The notes below the pieces were generated by a model. That model worked only from the letters and a program-made list of their open reading frames with translations. It did no database searches and was not told where the DNA came from. The position numbers were made by a program, and so were the translations under genes. Shown here one piece after another: positions 26,784 through 40,959 of a stretch of 64,000 bases of DNA (position 1 is its first letter; each line of letters opens with the position of its first letter). The DNA lies in assembly GCF_009914755.1 (NCBI RefSeq), contig NC_060926.1; one strand, written 5' to 3'. Source of the stretch: the human T2T-CHM13v2.0 reference genome, Homo sapiens.

Positions 26784-29700
26784 TCATATGGAACCGCAAA
26801 AAACCCCAAACAGCCAACAGATAACTGTGAAAGAAAAAGTTGGAGGCATCACACCTCTTGATTTAAAATTGTATTACAAAGCTATAGTAATCAAAACAGT
26901 ATGGTGCTGGCATAAAAACAAAAAAATAGACCAATGGAACAGAACAGAGACCTTTGAAATAAATCCAAACATATACTGTCAACTAATTTTTGACAAGGGC
27001 AAACAAGACAACACAATGGTAAAAAAGATAGTTTCTTCAATAATAGGATTTTCACATGCAAAAGAATAAAATTCGACCCTGATCATACACCATACACAAA
27101 AATCAACTCAAAACAGATACAAGACCAAAGACCCAAATAAGACCTGAAACCATAAAACTCCTAGAAGAAAACATAGGGGGAAAGCCTCTTGACATTGGCC
27201 TTAGCAATAATTTTTTGGATATCGCACCACAAGCCAGGCTACAAATGTAAACATAAACAAGGAGGACTGCATCAAACTAAAAAGCTTCTGCACAGCAAAG
27301 GAACAACCAACAAAATGAAAGGGGAACCTATAGACTGGAAGAAATATTTGCAAACCACATATCTGATAAAGTGTTAATATCCAAAAATCAGTAAAGAACT
27401 CTTACAACTTAATAGCAGAAAAACAACCCAGTTGAAAAATGGGCCAAATAGGAAATGACCAGTAGGAAATGGGGAGATGTACATTAAAATAATACAAAGT
27501 AGCAGACATGTAGGATGAACAAGTTAGAGATCTAGTGTACATCATGAGGGCTATAGTTAATAAAAATATATTGTCTTTGGGATTTTTGTTAAATAAGTAG
27601 ATTTTAGCTGTTCCTGTCACACAAACAAAAATCTAACTATGTGAGATGGTAGCTATGTTAATTTGCTTCACTATAGTAACCAGTTTACTATCTATATTTA
27701 TCCTTTAAGATCATGTTGTCAACCTCAAATATATAAAATAAAATTTATTTTAAAAAAGAAAAGTTTGTCTTCAATCCAGAAAGAACCACTATTACCATTT
27801 TTTGGTGTTCCATTCCAAAATATCCCACAAATATACAATTGTTCAATCAAATTTAACATTAGACTTTATACTTGAACATTCAAAGTACGTAAGAAATTAT
27901 AGAAAAGTGTCTGTGTGACTCCCTGTCTGTAGGGCACAGGCTTCATCTCCACTAACACACACACGACCAGTACCTTATACAGAGAGTCCTTGTTTGTCTT
28001 TAGTCTGACACCATGGGCGAGCCCGAGGTGGCCCGTGGTCCACATTCCTGACCAGGTGTCTTTCTCACCCACTGGTTTCAACAAAGATGTTACTGGGTTA
28101 TAGAAGGCTGGGATGGAAACAGGATACCAAGTTCGCATGAAGACAATATCTGAAAAGAGGTAATTTACTTTAACATTTTCAAAAGAAGATTCATATCCAT
28201 ACTGCAAAGAAACAAAGAACAAAACCTTCACTCCAAACTTCTCTACCTGGCTGCAAAGTATTTGAAGGGAAAGCTCGCTAAGGAAACTATTCTCATAGAT
28301 CACAGAACTGTTACTGGGTGTGGCCAGGGGGCTGCAGACACCAGGCGAATGGGCACACCGCATAAGACTGGGAGATCTAAGGCTGGAGCTGCTCAACTCT
28401 CTGGAGACCTGACTCCAGCCTCTCATCACACTGGCTAGAAGTCAAGCATGAATGGTAACGCCCTGCCCTGAACACTACTTAAGACACTCACCGCTCATCC
28501 ACAGCTTATCCTCAAAGCTAGCCTGGAAAGCTCCTTCTGGAGCTCAGAGTGCTCTCTTGATCTGCCCCCTTATCCCACTGACAGTTCGAATCACAGCATC
28601 TTCAAATTTGGCCACTTCCAAGGCAGAATTAAACATTCCCTACAGGTATAGCAAGATAAACACACACACACACACAAAATCGTATACTTTATGCTTTACT
28701 TCTTACTTCAAACATACATCCTTGATTAAAGAACAAAAACAACTCACTGAAGGGTGATAAAATAATCAAAATGTATTTGCCCCTGAAAGTGGAATTACTA
28801 CCTCAAAAAGAATACAACTCTTTCATTTTCCCCAAAATAATCATGTGAGTTCACGGGCATGCTCATCACTGCTGTCTGTGTGGGAGAGAAGATTGAAGAG
28901 GGATTTACTGGACTGAATTGGCCTAGGAAGCCTTTGCTGGCATCTCTCAGACTGGACTGCAGCCCAGATCCTTTTACTCAGATGCATGCACTTAGAACAT
29001 GAAAACATAAGATAAACGCCGGTGGTATTATTACCTTATATTGCAAGAACATTTTATGACTTCCTAACTCTGTGTTTTCAATAGAAACATCCCCACTAAT
29101 GAAATTGTCAATAAATGCTGCTCAAACCACCCTCCCCAAATACTGTAAAACAGTACATCCGTTTCTCTGTACCCTTGCCAAGTTGTCTGCAAATGCTTTG
29201 TCGGTTTTTCTACTGAGTTAGACAAACTTGTGATTTTTTTCCCTTTCTTAACACCAATTTAAAAAGTAGGAAACAAAACCTAGTGGATAAAATGACATAT
29301 TTTCAATATGAGTTCCGTGGCAGTCTCACATGGAAGTCAGGAGTAACAGCCTCAATTCCTAAATAGCTGTTTACCACTGCTTTTTTGAGCATATTTAAGT
29401 AATACAGAATATAAAGGAGCAAACAAAATATGAAGTTTATAAAAGATTTCAAACACTTTTCTAAAAATATGAGGCCCACATTTTAGAGGTATTTCATTCC
29501 TTTTCTCAAACAATATGGACATTTATAAATATGAGAATATATAGATATACAGACCTTAATAAATGAAGTGTTCTTGAAAATTTTATATGGAAAACCAGTT
29601 AGCTTTAATTTCTTCACAATTTTTATGGATTTATCCAGATCAAGGACAACTCCTGTGGCAGCTATCCGAAAATCAGGCTAACAGGAGCCCCAAAATTTGA

Positions 29701-29852
29701 AAATAGGAATAATATTAGCAAGAGAAAAACTTCAATTCTATGTAACACAATAAATTACCAAAGTGAACTTTACTTACAATTAGCTAAGAAAAACAAGAGA
29801 GACCATCTGAACTTGCAACCCAGTGGTTTGACAAAAGCAATCCAAAACTTTA

Positions 29853-30249
<397 letters not shown>

Positions 30250-31711
30250 TCAGAGGAATGTAATTTTACTATAATGATTTATTTGGAACGAAATGGAAAA
30301 GAAAAATACAGTTGCAATGTTTAGAAAATTAAAATTTGGACCTCCAGGGAAGATTCCATCTGCTCATTATTCTGCTTTCTTCTCTGTTAAATGGGACCAG
30401 TAAACCCTGCCCTGCCTGACTGGTCAAATGAAAATGGAGTGAACAGACTGCTACCCCAGCACAGCTGCAGGGAGTCTTGTGTCTGGGTGGTCTCTGATGG
30501 CTCCTCATAACCTCATATAGTGCTTAGCACACGGTGAGCACTGCTTAAATACTTGCTTAGATAAATAAATGCAAAAGATGCACAAAAATAGGAAATGTAC
30601 CATTATAATTCTTCCACCTCCCCTCCTCTAATCCCACACCCTACTGAAAAGGATGTACAAAGATTAAAAGCAAAGGGAAATTTACTTTATAATAATAAAA
30701 ATGAGTAATTTTCAACTTAAAGTCTCATGTACATAATAACCCACATTCAGGATATATTTCTCAAACCAATCTGTAAAAGAAATTGTCCAAGATAGTTACC
30801 ATTATGCCACTGACAGACTGTATTGCCAAGAAACCAGTTCCCTGTGGAGTGATAGGGTCTTAAAGGAAAAGGAAAAAAAGAAATATAGCAAACCAGAAAT
30901 TTTAGATTCTAGTTTAACATACTGGATACGGACATTTAGATTTGGATATAGATTTACATATATACTCCAAACCACCTCCCCGCTCCCAGAAAACAGAAAC
31001 ATCTTAGGAGTGGAATTTTATGAAAGGAAAAGCACAAAGCTAAAATAACGCAGCCTGTAAAGTTTAATCTCGGCAATAGGCAAGTTATTGTAATCATATT
31101 TTACCCCAAAAGGCTGCTCCACAATGCATGTGCTGTGGGGTATACTTTAGAAGCCTTTGTCTTCCATTGTGGTCTTCAATATAATAGAGCAGGATGGTCT
31201 GAAACCTCCTCCACCCTACAGAAAATATGATTGGATCTTGGGACTTGAGGATTTTCTTATACCAGCGATGTTTCTTCAGACGCATCTGAGGGGGATGAGA
31301 GGGTAAGATGACTGATGGAGGGGAAATCCACAGAGCCTCAGGCACCAAATATGCAGCAAAGGGACCCACCTGCACGTGTCCAACATTTCCCTCGCTGTTG
31401 CCCAAGCCACCCAGGATAATGGGGTAATGGGGGTCAAAGTTCTGCACAAATTCACAGGGAACATTTTCAATCTCAACGCGGACGTACATCCCAGGTCGAA
31501 AACCATCATACTGAACTCTGGCTTCATCATCTTGATCTTCAAATTCTACGTGATTCAGCTGTACATGACGGGGTGGGGGGAGGGGGGAGAAACCTGTATG
31601 CTGTTATTTGTAATAAACATAGGATTAACATGAACAAATAAGCAATTTCTAAGTAAAGGAACTGTGGACAGAATTATGTAGGCTTTATCCTATTAAAAAT
31701 ACTACACATTT

Positions 31712-32016
31712 GGCCGGGTACAGTGGCTCATGCCTGTAATCCCAGCACTTTGGGAGGCCGAGGCGGGCAGATCACATGAGGTCAGGAGTTTGAAACCAGC
31801 CTCGCCAACATGGTGAAACCCTGTCTCTACTAAAAATACCAAAATCAGCTGGGCATGGTGGTGCGTGCCTGTAGTCCCAACTACTCAGGAGGCAGAGGTG
31901 AGAGAATCGCTTGAACCTGGGAGACGGAGGTTGCAGTGAGTCAAGATCGTGCCACTGCACTCCAGCCTGGGCAATAGAGCGAGATTCCATCTCAAAAAAC
32001 AAAAAAACAAAAAAAA
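31712..32016 (+). mobile_element. Alu (AluS-type) in BMS1P intron
   Basis: Full Alu flanked by the direct repeat CTACACATTT. Confidence 0.95.
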
Positions 32017-32339
32017 CCTACACATTTTACCTCTACAGTCTGTTCAGAATATGTCCCAACCATTTTCTTCTCTCCTGCTCCAAGGGACAGCAAATGTAGA
32101 TAACTGTGGAGCCCTGCGTGCTCGAACATTGGAAACATCCCCAGTCCACACTTTCTTTCCTTCCTCTCCAAATAATTCTTTCACACTTTTCCCTTGTCTT
32201 CAAACACCCACCACCACCCTCACCTTCACTCAGCTGATGGCTGTTTCCTGATTCACTCCAAAACCAAAAGAACCTCTAAGGTCAACCCTCTACCAGGGTT
32301 TCCTCCCATATCCAGCCTTATCAGAGCTCTGACCTGGCC

Positions 32340-32525
32340 CATAGAGGAGCTATGTGTGGCTATTTAAATTAAAATTAATTACAATTACATAATATTTAAA
32401 ATGCAGTTCCTCAATCACACTAGTCACACTGGAAGTGGTCCATATCAACTTGCGGCCAGTGTTACAATATTGGGAAGCACAGACGTGCATCTCCATGATC
32501 ACAGAAAGTTCTACGGGCAGCTCAG
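32340..32525 (-). mobile_element. MER3/MER33-like hAT-Charlie DNA transposon relic
   Basis: ATGTGTGGCTATTTAAATTAAAATTAATT...CAGTTCCTCAATCACACTAG...CAGAAAGTTCTA resembles the recalled MER3 consensus. Confidence 0.7.
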
Positions 32526-32599
32526 GCACAGATGATTTGTCCATGCCTCTACTCAGGGCCACACATCACTTGCACACTAGACACCATCCACTCTTCCTG

Positions 32600-33500
32600 G
32601 ACTTCATTCCAACAGCTCTTCCCTCTGTTCTCTCTCTTACCTCAAAACCTTTTGATTCCACTTCTTCCACCAAAAACTGCTTCATTTCTCTGCTTCTCTC
32701 TGCAGCAAAACCCCACAAAAGTTTTCCACAGTTGCAGCCTCCAGTTCCTCTGCTCCCATTCTCCTACATCCATGAAAATTGGTGTTTGCCAAGATCGCTG
32801 AAGGCCTCCACGCTGAAGGACTCCTCCAGTGGTCAACTCTGCCTTTACCGTAGTTAACACTGCAGCGGGATCTGAACAGTGCTTCGCCTCCGTGTACAAC
32901 TGGACTCCTGCGTGCCTGCATGCTCACACTGCTTCTCCCTCTCCCTCCTAGGCACTGCTCAGGCCTCACGGCCGCAATCGCCCCATCTCGCCCATGCCAG
33001 TCTTCCTCCTCCCAGTCACTCTGCACTCACTCCCCGGCCACCTCACAGAGTTAAGTGGCATCTACATGCTGAGGGCTGTACATCTAAGTCCCTGGCCAGA
33101 CCTGTCTCTCCAGACTTGACACTCCGCTTGTCTGCATGATACCCAGCCGAACCAAACATCATCTTCCCAAAACTGCATCTGCAGACAGTTTCCTATCTAA
33201 CCTGCAACAACCCATCCTTCCAGGAACTTCCAGTCGCCATCCTCATTTCCTCTCACACACCCCACATTCAGTCCACCAGGAAATCCTACTGACCCAGCTT
33301 CCAAATAAACTCTATCCGCGTTTGACTCTTTGTCTCATCTCCACTGCCAGCCCTCTGGTTTGTGCCACCGGACTGATCTCTACCAGACTGATGTCTTGGC
33401 AGAGTGATCTGATTACCAGAATGTCTCTCCTCTGCTCAAAACCCTCCAAGGACTCCCATTTCAGAGTGAAACATTCAGTCTTTTCCAATGGCCCACAAGG
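32600..33500 (+). mobile_element. L2 fragments
   Basis: Pyrimidine-rich L2 motifs (CCAGACCTGTCTCTCCAGACT; CTCCTCTGCTCAAAACCCTCCA). Boundaries approximate. Confidence 0.6.
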
Positions 33501-35466
33501 CTCTAGGTAATTTTAAATTGTAAATGGTGTGAAGCAAAAACTTCAGAGTTAGCCTAGTCATGCCTTTCAAAGGTCAACACAGACTAGCAACCACTAAGCT
33601 AATGCCTAATCAGGAAACAGTCCTTTGACTAGATGAAGATCTAGGATGAAACTCCGTTTCACAAATCATATACCTAATCTGTTCCAGCTTACACAGGCAC
33701 TCCTGGCCTCACTAACAAGACGCAACTCAGATGCTCACCATCAACTGTACACACGTTTCTGTGTCTGTCTCCTTCAGAGTGACATCACTGTCTCCAGCAA
33801 CCTGCTCAGCAACCCCAGGCAGGAGGGCCACACCATCTCCCTTTATCTCCGCATCTGACCTTATACTCCACGTGTCCTTCTGAACTCTGACCAGGATGAG
33901 TTTTCAGAGCACTTCCCCTGGGAGCTCTGGTGTGTCCATAAGCCACACGGGCCACTGATCACCTGCCATTCAAATCAGGGAGCAGCGATCGGAATAGGCA
34001 GCATTGGCTTGCACTGAAATGAACACACTGTCTCAGATCACTACATTGTAAAAGTCTCAAAAGTAGAGACCATGTCTCAGTCATTTCGGTTTCCTAATTC
34101 TTGTTACAAAATAGGTATGGATCTTTTTCTGGTGATCTTCTGACTGTAGAAACAATGAGCTCACTGCATGAATAAACATACTCACATGCATCTACCCAGG
34201 AGTCCAAATGAAAGGCACAGAAGCAGGATAGGAAGCAGGGACCCAAAGACAGTCAGGGATTCCTGCACTATGTGATAGTCTTGACAAGGGGCTGAGAGGA
34301 ACTGAGGTTTCTCACCTGTGCTTCTTTCTGCATTTCTCCTTTAAGATCATCAAAATATGTGCTTTCTCCTTCATCATATTCCGCATCAAACATCTCCTTC
34401 AATTTTCTCTTCTTATCCAAATGCTTTTTCTTGGCACTTTCTTCTTCGTCGGGGTCAATTTCTTCCTTGTTTCTCTATATCTTCATTCTTAAATTTCCAG
34501 AAGAAAAAATTTTGTGTATGTTTATGAAGGTCTTTTCTTTAAACATTACATTTTTTAAAGTTCTATTTAAACAAAAATCTTAGCAAAAATCTGTTATCGT
34601 TATCAATAAAACAAAACAAAACACAACATAATCTTTGTCTCTGAATAACATGGTACTGCTACAGGAAATTGTTACATCTGCATTACAATTAGCTGCTATT
34701 CCTTAAGCTGGCTGGGAACACAAACTAGAATAAAAATAACAGACATGTCCCTCACCCAGATGCTCCCAGACCCTGTTCTAAAGAAATATTAGGGAGAACA
34801 GGAACTTCATTCTTTTAAATGACACTTAAATTTAAAAAGAGGAGAATGATGGCAATGGTTGAATGTAAGTCTGAGAAGCTAAGACTTCTGTGAGTGAAAA
34901 ATCACAGTAGTCTTGGCAAATGACTATGGCAAGAAACAGTAGTAACTGTCGTCCAAAACTTAACAAGTAAACAAGAAAGCTTCTCTTTGGTCCCCACATC
35001 CCCACCCTTTAGGAAGGAATCTATCCATCCAGTCTGCAATCTTCACACATCACAAGTAAGATTTGCATTTCTCAATGTGGGCCTCTCTCAGAACACAATG
35101 ACCAAGAACAGCCAGCTACGACAAAGTCATACCTGAGTGTCGGGGCCCGATTTTCCCTTGTGCATGTCCCCTGTTTCCAAGTCTTCAAAGTCACCGTAGA
35201 GCTCCTCTGGGAAAAGAACACCCAAAGGCTGCTCTGTGAGCCAGGCATGCATGTGCTGCTGGCGCCACCCACGACAGGCCCACAATGCGCTCCGCGTTCC
35301 AAGCCTCATTCTTACTGTTCCCGTCACTAGACACACAGGCAAAACTTTGCACTAGGGAATGCTTCGTAAAACAGTATTTCATCATCTGTTTAGGTAAACT
35401 AAATTGACCCAATCCACATTTCCGCACTTCATGTCAAAAATCCCAATCTCAATTTTTCCAGTATAG

Positions 35467-35788
<322 letters not shown>

Positions 35789-36106
35789 AATGGACACTTT
35801 TTATGAAAGACACAGAGGTCTATCTGTGTCCCCCAAATGAATAATTCAAAGAGTGAATGGAAAAGTCCCATGCTGATAACCAGCACATGTGAAAAGGAGT
35901 CTCAATGTAAGTTCAACACAACACGATCGTGTAACACACCTAGGGGAAATTTTAGATCATATAAAACATAGCATTTAGATTAAGAGTAGAGCCCCAAACC
36001 ACACCAAACCCATGGGAAGAGCTTATTCACTCATTCATTCCTTCATTTGTTTTTGGAGCTCTGGGTTCAGTTATAGTTCCCACTCTTAAAAGAAATAGAC
36101 AAGTAA

Positions 36107-36240
36107 GGCTGGGTGCAGTGGCTCACACCTGTAAACCCAGCACTTTGGGGGCCCGGGAGGCAGAGGTTGCAGTGAGCCATAATTGCATCACTGAACTCCA
36201 GCCTGGGTGACAAAGTGAGACCCTGTCTCAAAAAAAGGAA
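36107..36240 (+). mobile_element. Monomer-length Alu (internally deleted or FRAM-like)
   Basis: Left-arm start (GGCTGGGTGCAGTGGCTCACACC...CACTTTGGG) joined directly to the right-arm end (CCCGGGAGGCAGAGGTTGCAGTGAGC) and an A tail. Confidence 0.85.
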
Positions 36241-38724
36241 AACAAAAGAAAGAGGCAAGTTAAAACTCATTTGGGAGAGCAATGTTTAGAAGGCTATTAA
36301 AACATTTTCACATAAGGGCCAAAGAACCAGGTAGATGTTATAAAAGATAGGAAGCTCCTATTTGTAATAAAAGCAAAAAAGGATAAAATAGGAATAAACC
36401 TAACAAGAAGTGCACCAGAACTTTATTTATTTAAAAAAGAAGAAAAGCTTTAATATGCTACCAAAGGACAAAAGGAATAGCATCACTACCAACACTCGTA
36501 AGTGCTCTCCACACCAGGCACTGTGTTAAGTACTTTCCTTGCCTTAACCACATTCTTCAACCCAAGGAAGTAGATGTTGTAAATATTATATACTGAATAA
36601 TGGTATGTCCTCATTTGAAAAGGAAGACTCGACATCACAAATACGCCAATTCTCCCTTTAGCACAGTTACAACCCGAAACCACCACTAAGGATTTCTGGT
36701 CTAGAGAAGATAACACATTATACCCTCCTCTAGAAATAATAGACAGGAGATGATCAATGGAGAATTCCGAAAGGTGGACAGAAAAAGGCTGCTGAGGGAC
36801 TCTAGGACTAGGGAATGCATAGTGGCCAGGTGTCTCCCTGGACCTCATCCAATAGGACGGTGACCCAGGCCCAGAGTTTCCCAACTCCCAACGTAGCAAT
36901 AGAAGGCAACCCAGGCAGACTCAGTCCCCGCAGATCAAAGGAGATCTTCCCCACAACAAGAAAACCAGCTCCACACACCAACACAACCACCACTCCCCAC
37001 CCACCTAGCTGCAGCAGGTGGCCCAGCCTGGGGCAGCTCCCCTGTTCCCTCAGGTGGGCAACAGCAGGGACTGGTGGGAGAATCCCAGTGACACATATTA
37101 GCCAAACAGACCAAAATAACACCATGAAGGCTCTGAAATTAAATTGCCATTGGAATCACAGCCCACAAAGTAGACCAAGACCTACAGACTAAACCTAAAC
37201 AGGAGGACTGCCTGCAAAAATAAAAAAATTACATAGGCAGATGTTGGAACCACCTGACTCATCACTTATAACAGTCAGTATAAAAATGCTCAACAAGCAA
37301 CTACAAATCCTATGTCAACAATCAAAGAACTGAAAACGTCAGCAAAGAAACTGAAGAAGAATCAAATGGAAATTACAGAAATATAAAATACAGTAACAGA
37401 AATTTTAAAAAAATCTAACTGGATGGGCTCTATTGAGTAAAAGTGGAGACGACAGAGGAGAGAATCAGAGAAGCTGAAACCTGATCAACAGAATTCACCC
37501 AGTCTAAACAATAGAGAGAAAATAACCTGAAAACAAATGAACAGAGCTGCACGGACCTGTGGGACGATAACAAAAGACCCCACATTTATGTTATCTGAGT
37601 CCCACAGGAGACCAGAGCTGCGAAAGCATGCAAATAACTAATTCTTGAGGCTTCCCACATTTGGTGAAAGATATAAACTTACAGATTCAAGAAGCTGAGC
37701 AAACCTCAAAGTATACCAAAAGAAAGCAACACTGATTAAACTTTCAAAACTAAAAACAAAGAGCAAAAATGGCAGAATGCCTGTAGGGACACGCCAACTC
37801 AAATGCCATGGAGGCCAGAAGGAAGTGGCACAACATTTTCAAGTGCTTAAAAAAACCAACCAAACAAAAAAACTGTTGGCTGCAAATTCTATATTCCATG
37901 AAACTACCCTTCAGAAATGAAGAGAGAAATATAGACATTCTCAGAGGAAGAGAATATAGGAATTTGTCACTGGTCAATTTAGAAATGCTAAAAAGTGGCT
38001 ACAGAAATATGTTCTGTCATTTCCACAATACAAAAAATTAAAACAAAAAATCAAAATAAAAAATGGCTACAGAAAGTTCTTATGCAGAAGGGATGAATAT
38101 GGGACTATGGGAGGAGGGACAAAGGAAAGACCAGAAATGTGGATACATACACGAGACAATCCACAGTTCTTAAAATCACATTTGACGACTGAAACAAAAA
38201 CTATACCACCACGTACTACTCAAGCCAGTGATTTATACAAGTGGAAAAGGTAAAGAGACATAAATCCAAGGCAGGTTTCCACACTTTGAAGTGGTAAATA
38301 CTGGTACCAGTAGACTACTATATTACAATACACATATTGTAACATCCAGAGCAAACACTTTAAGACTATACAAACAGATACACGCAACAACATTATACAG
38401 AAATAGATCAAGATGGAGGGAAAGAAAAAGGAAACAAGCAAATAATAAAAACATCAGACATAAGCAATTATGTAACAATAAGCACCTTAAATGTAAATGG
38501 TCTAAATAAACCAAAAGACAGATTGATGGAGAGCCTATAATAAACACATGGTCCAACTAAATACTGTTCATAAGAAACTTCAAACTCACTTAAGGACCTA
38601 AGTAGGTTGAAAGTAAAAGAATGGAGAAAGTTATCCTGTGAAATCATTAATTTTTTAAGGAAGCAGGAGTGAATATATTAATATCTCATGAAGTAGACTT
38701 CAAGCAAAATAATTTACCAGAGCT

Positions 38725-39249
38725 GGAGAGGGTCTTCGCTGAATTTTAAGATCTAAAATTTCCTATGCTGCCTTGACATCTTTGAGCCTCACAGGGCCCC
38801 AAAGGCCTAGCTGTGGGTTTTCCTGTTTTTACCAGACACCCCCTACCCCGCCACCCAACAGGAAAGGCTCCCCACCTGGCTAGTTCTTTTATCAGCCAGA
38901 ACAGTTGCACCTCAGCCTAAGAAGTTTCACTTCACCTGTCTGCCAGCCCATGAATTTATTCAAACAAGCCAATTGCTCTCCCCCTCGGGAACCATTGGTC
39001 ATCGTGTGCTCTTGTTACTACCAAGCCTGCCTGCTTCCTCAGCCCCCAGCCCTCACTCCGCTACAGAGTGCGGTGCCCATCTGACCCTGTGTGGCATGCA
39101 GTGTCCTCCTCTGAGCTGTGGGTATATGTGACTAAAACACTGCTGTCAATCTCATCCATCCACGCCAGGTGTCGTGTTCAGCCATCTCCTACACTTTAGG
39201 GCAGGGACCCCTCCTTCACCAATGGGGTGAAAAGGAAGTGACCATAACA
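38725..39249 (+). mobile_element. Probable solo LTR inserted in L1 ORF2
   Basis: ~520 bp of non-L1 composition ending ...CATAACA, with L1 endonuclease sequence resuming at 39250. Family not identified. Confidence 0.5.
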
Positions 39250-39333
39250 ACTGCTTAATGACAAAAGGATTAACCCACCAAGAAGACATCTACTTCAACA
39301 TCCTCCTCTTAGCAACTGTTAAAACTAGGCAGA

Positions 39334-39597
39334 GGCCGGGCACAGTGGCTCATGCCTGTAATCCCAGAACTCTGGGAGGCAAAGACAAAGGATAGCTTGA
39401 GGCCAGGAGTTCGAGCCTGGGCAATATAGCAAGGCCTCATCTCTCCAAAAAATTTTAAATTTAGCCAGGTGTGCCGGCACACACCTATAGTACCAGCTAC
39501 TCAGGAGGTTAAGCCAGGGGAAGTACTTGACCCTAGGAAGTCAAGGCTGCAGTGAGTCATGTTCGTGCCACCGCACTCCAGTGTAAGTGACAGAGTG
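39334..39597 (+). mobile_element. Alu (AluJ-like) lacking its 3' end and poly-A tail
   Basis: Diverged Alu body. Direct repeat AAACTAGGCAGA at 39322-39333 and 39598-39609. Confidence 0.88.
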
Positions 39598-40249
39598 AAA
39601 CTAGGCAGAAAAGGAGCAAGGATTTACAAAAGATCTGAACAGTCAACCAGCAAAATTTGACATCCGTATAACACCCCACTCCCCAACAGCAAAACACACA
39701 CATTTTTAAAGCCAATAGAAATCTACCAAGGTGAGGTACGCTTGGGGCAATAAAAGAAATCACAGCAAATCTTGCTGTGCGCCCCTCTGAGCCTGAGCCG
39801 GCGCCGGCGCCGTGCCCCTCTCTGCGCCTTCTTTTCTCACCGGGGGAAGCGTTTGGGGGCCTCTTGAGGGACCCCCTAGATGCTTCTACTCAGAGCCCCC
39901 AAAGCAGGGGAGCCTCCACTCCTCTGTCTGCAGCCTCCCCTGTCGGTTCTCGCTACCCAGGGTTCAGTGGCCTGGGGGCTGACGGAGGTGGTCGCCTCTG
40001 CCAAGGCCCCTCCTGGCACCTCCCTGGCTCATCCAGCCCACCTTCCTCCCACGCTGGCTCACGCAAAGTGCTCTGGTCACCAGGAGCCCTTCCTGACCAG
40101 CCCCGGCCCCTTCTTGGCCTTCGCCCATCTGGCCTCCCCTGGAGCCCTGACCTGGGTGCCAGGCCTCCTGGGTCCAGAGCCCACCCCGCCCTGAACAACC
40201 CCGAGTCTCAGCCACCCTCAGCTCTTACCCTTTCACAGCTGGGGAGTGG

Positions 40250-40957
40250 ACCTGGGCCTGCGCCTCTCCACGCCAGCGCCTGCGCTGTGCGCCTCTCCGC
40301 GCCTGCGCCGCCGCTGTGCGCCTCTCCGCCGCTGTGCGCCTCTCCGCCGCTGTCCGCCTCTCCACCGCGCCGCCGCTGTCGGCCTCTCCGCCGCGCCGCC
40401 GCTGACCGACTCTCCGCTGCGCCGCCGCTATCCGCCTCTCCGCCGCTGTCCGCCTCTCCGCCGCGCCGCCGCTGTCCGCCTCTCCGCCGCGCCGCCGCTG
40501 TCCGCCTCTCCACCGCGCCGCCGCTGTCGGCCTCTCCGCCGCGCCGCCGCTGACCGACTCTCCGCTGCGCCGCCGCTATCCGCCTCTCCGCCGCTGTCCG
40601 CCTCTCCGCCGCGCCGCCGCTGGCCGCCTCTCCGCCGCGCCAACGCTGGCCGCCTCTCCGCCGCTGGCCGCCTCTCCGCCGCGCCGCCGCTGGCCGCCTC
40701 TCCGCCGCGCCGCCGCTGGCCGCCTCTCCGCCGCGCCAACGCTGGCCGCCTCTCCGCCGCTGTCCGCCTCTCCGCCACGCCGGCACCAGCGCTGTGTGCT
40801 TTTGCAAGGGCGGAGCTGCGTTCTCCTCGGCACAGACCCGGAGAGCATTGCGAGGGCGGAGCTGCGTTCTGCTCTGCACAGACCTTGGGGCACTGCCTCG
40901 CTTTGGGACAACTCGGGGCCGCATCGACGGTGAATAAAATCCTTCCTGTTTGCAGCC
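40250..40957 (+). repeat. TAR1-like telomere-associated repeat with GC-rich VNTR (CpG island)
   Basis: Tandem 18/26-bp units CGCCTCTCCGCC(GCGCCGCC)GCTGTC related to the subtelomeric 29-bp repeat. These are followed by GGGCGGAGCTGCGTTCTCCTCGGCACAGACCCGGAGAGCA and GCTTTGGGACAACTCGGGG...GTGAATAAAATCC, recognised from human subtelomeric TAR1. A few more 29-bp-like units lie at 39775-39829. Confidence 0.85.
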
Positions 40958-40959
40958 AT

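Larger units (their letters stand above)
36700..39770 (+). mobile_element. Old L1 (L1M) 5' region, ORF1 and start of ORF2, interrupted by an LTR-like element and an Alu
   Basis: A-rich strand with ORF1 motifs (ACAGATTCAAGAAGCTGAGCAAACC; GGAGGCCAGAAGGAAGTGGCACAACAT) and the ORF2 endonuclease start (TTAAATGTAAATGGTCTAAAT). It stops abruptly at ~39770. Confidence 0.75.

Noticed and set aside
31094-31489. 131-aa ORF with strong BMS1 identity as a functional CDS
   Set aside because: It is two pseudogene exons plus a read-through 84-bp intron. The locus lacks 5' exons and has a frameshift and a stop.
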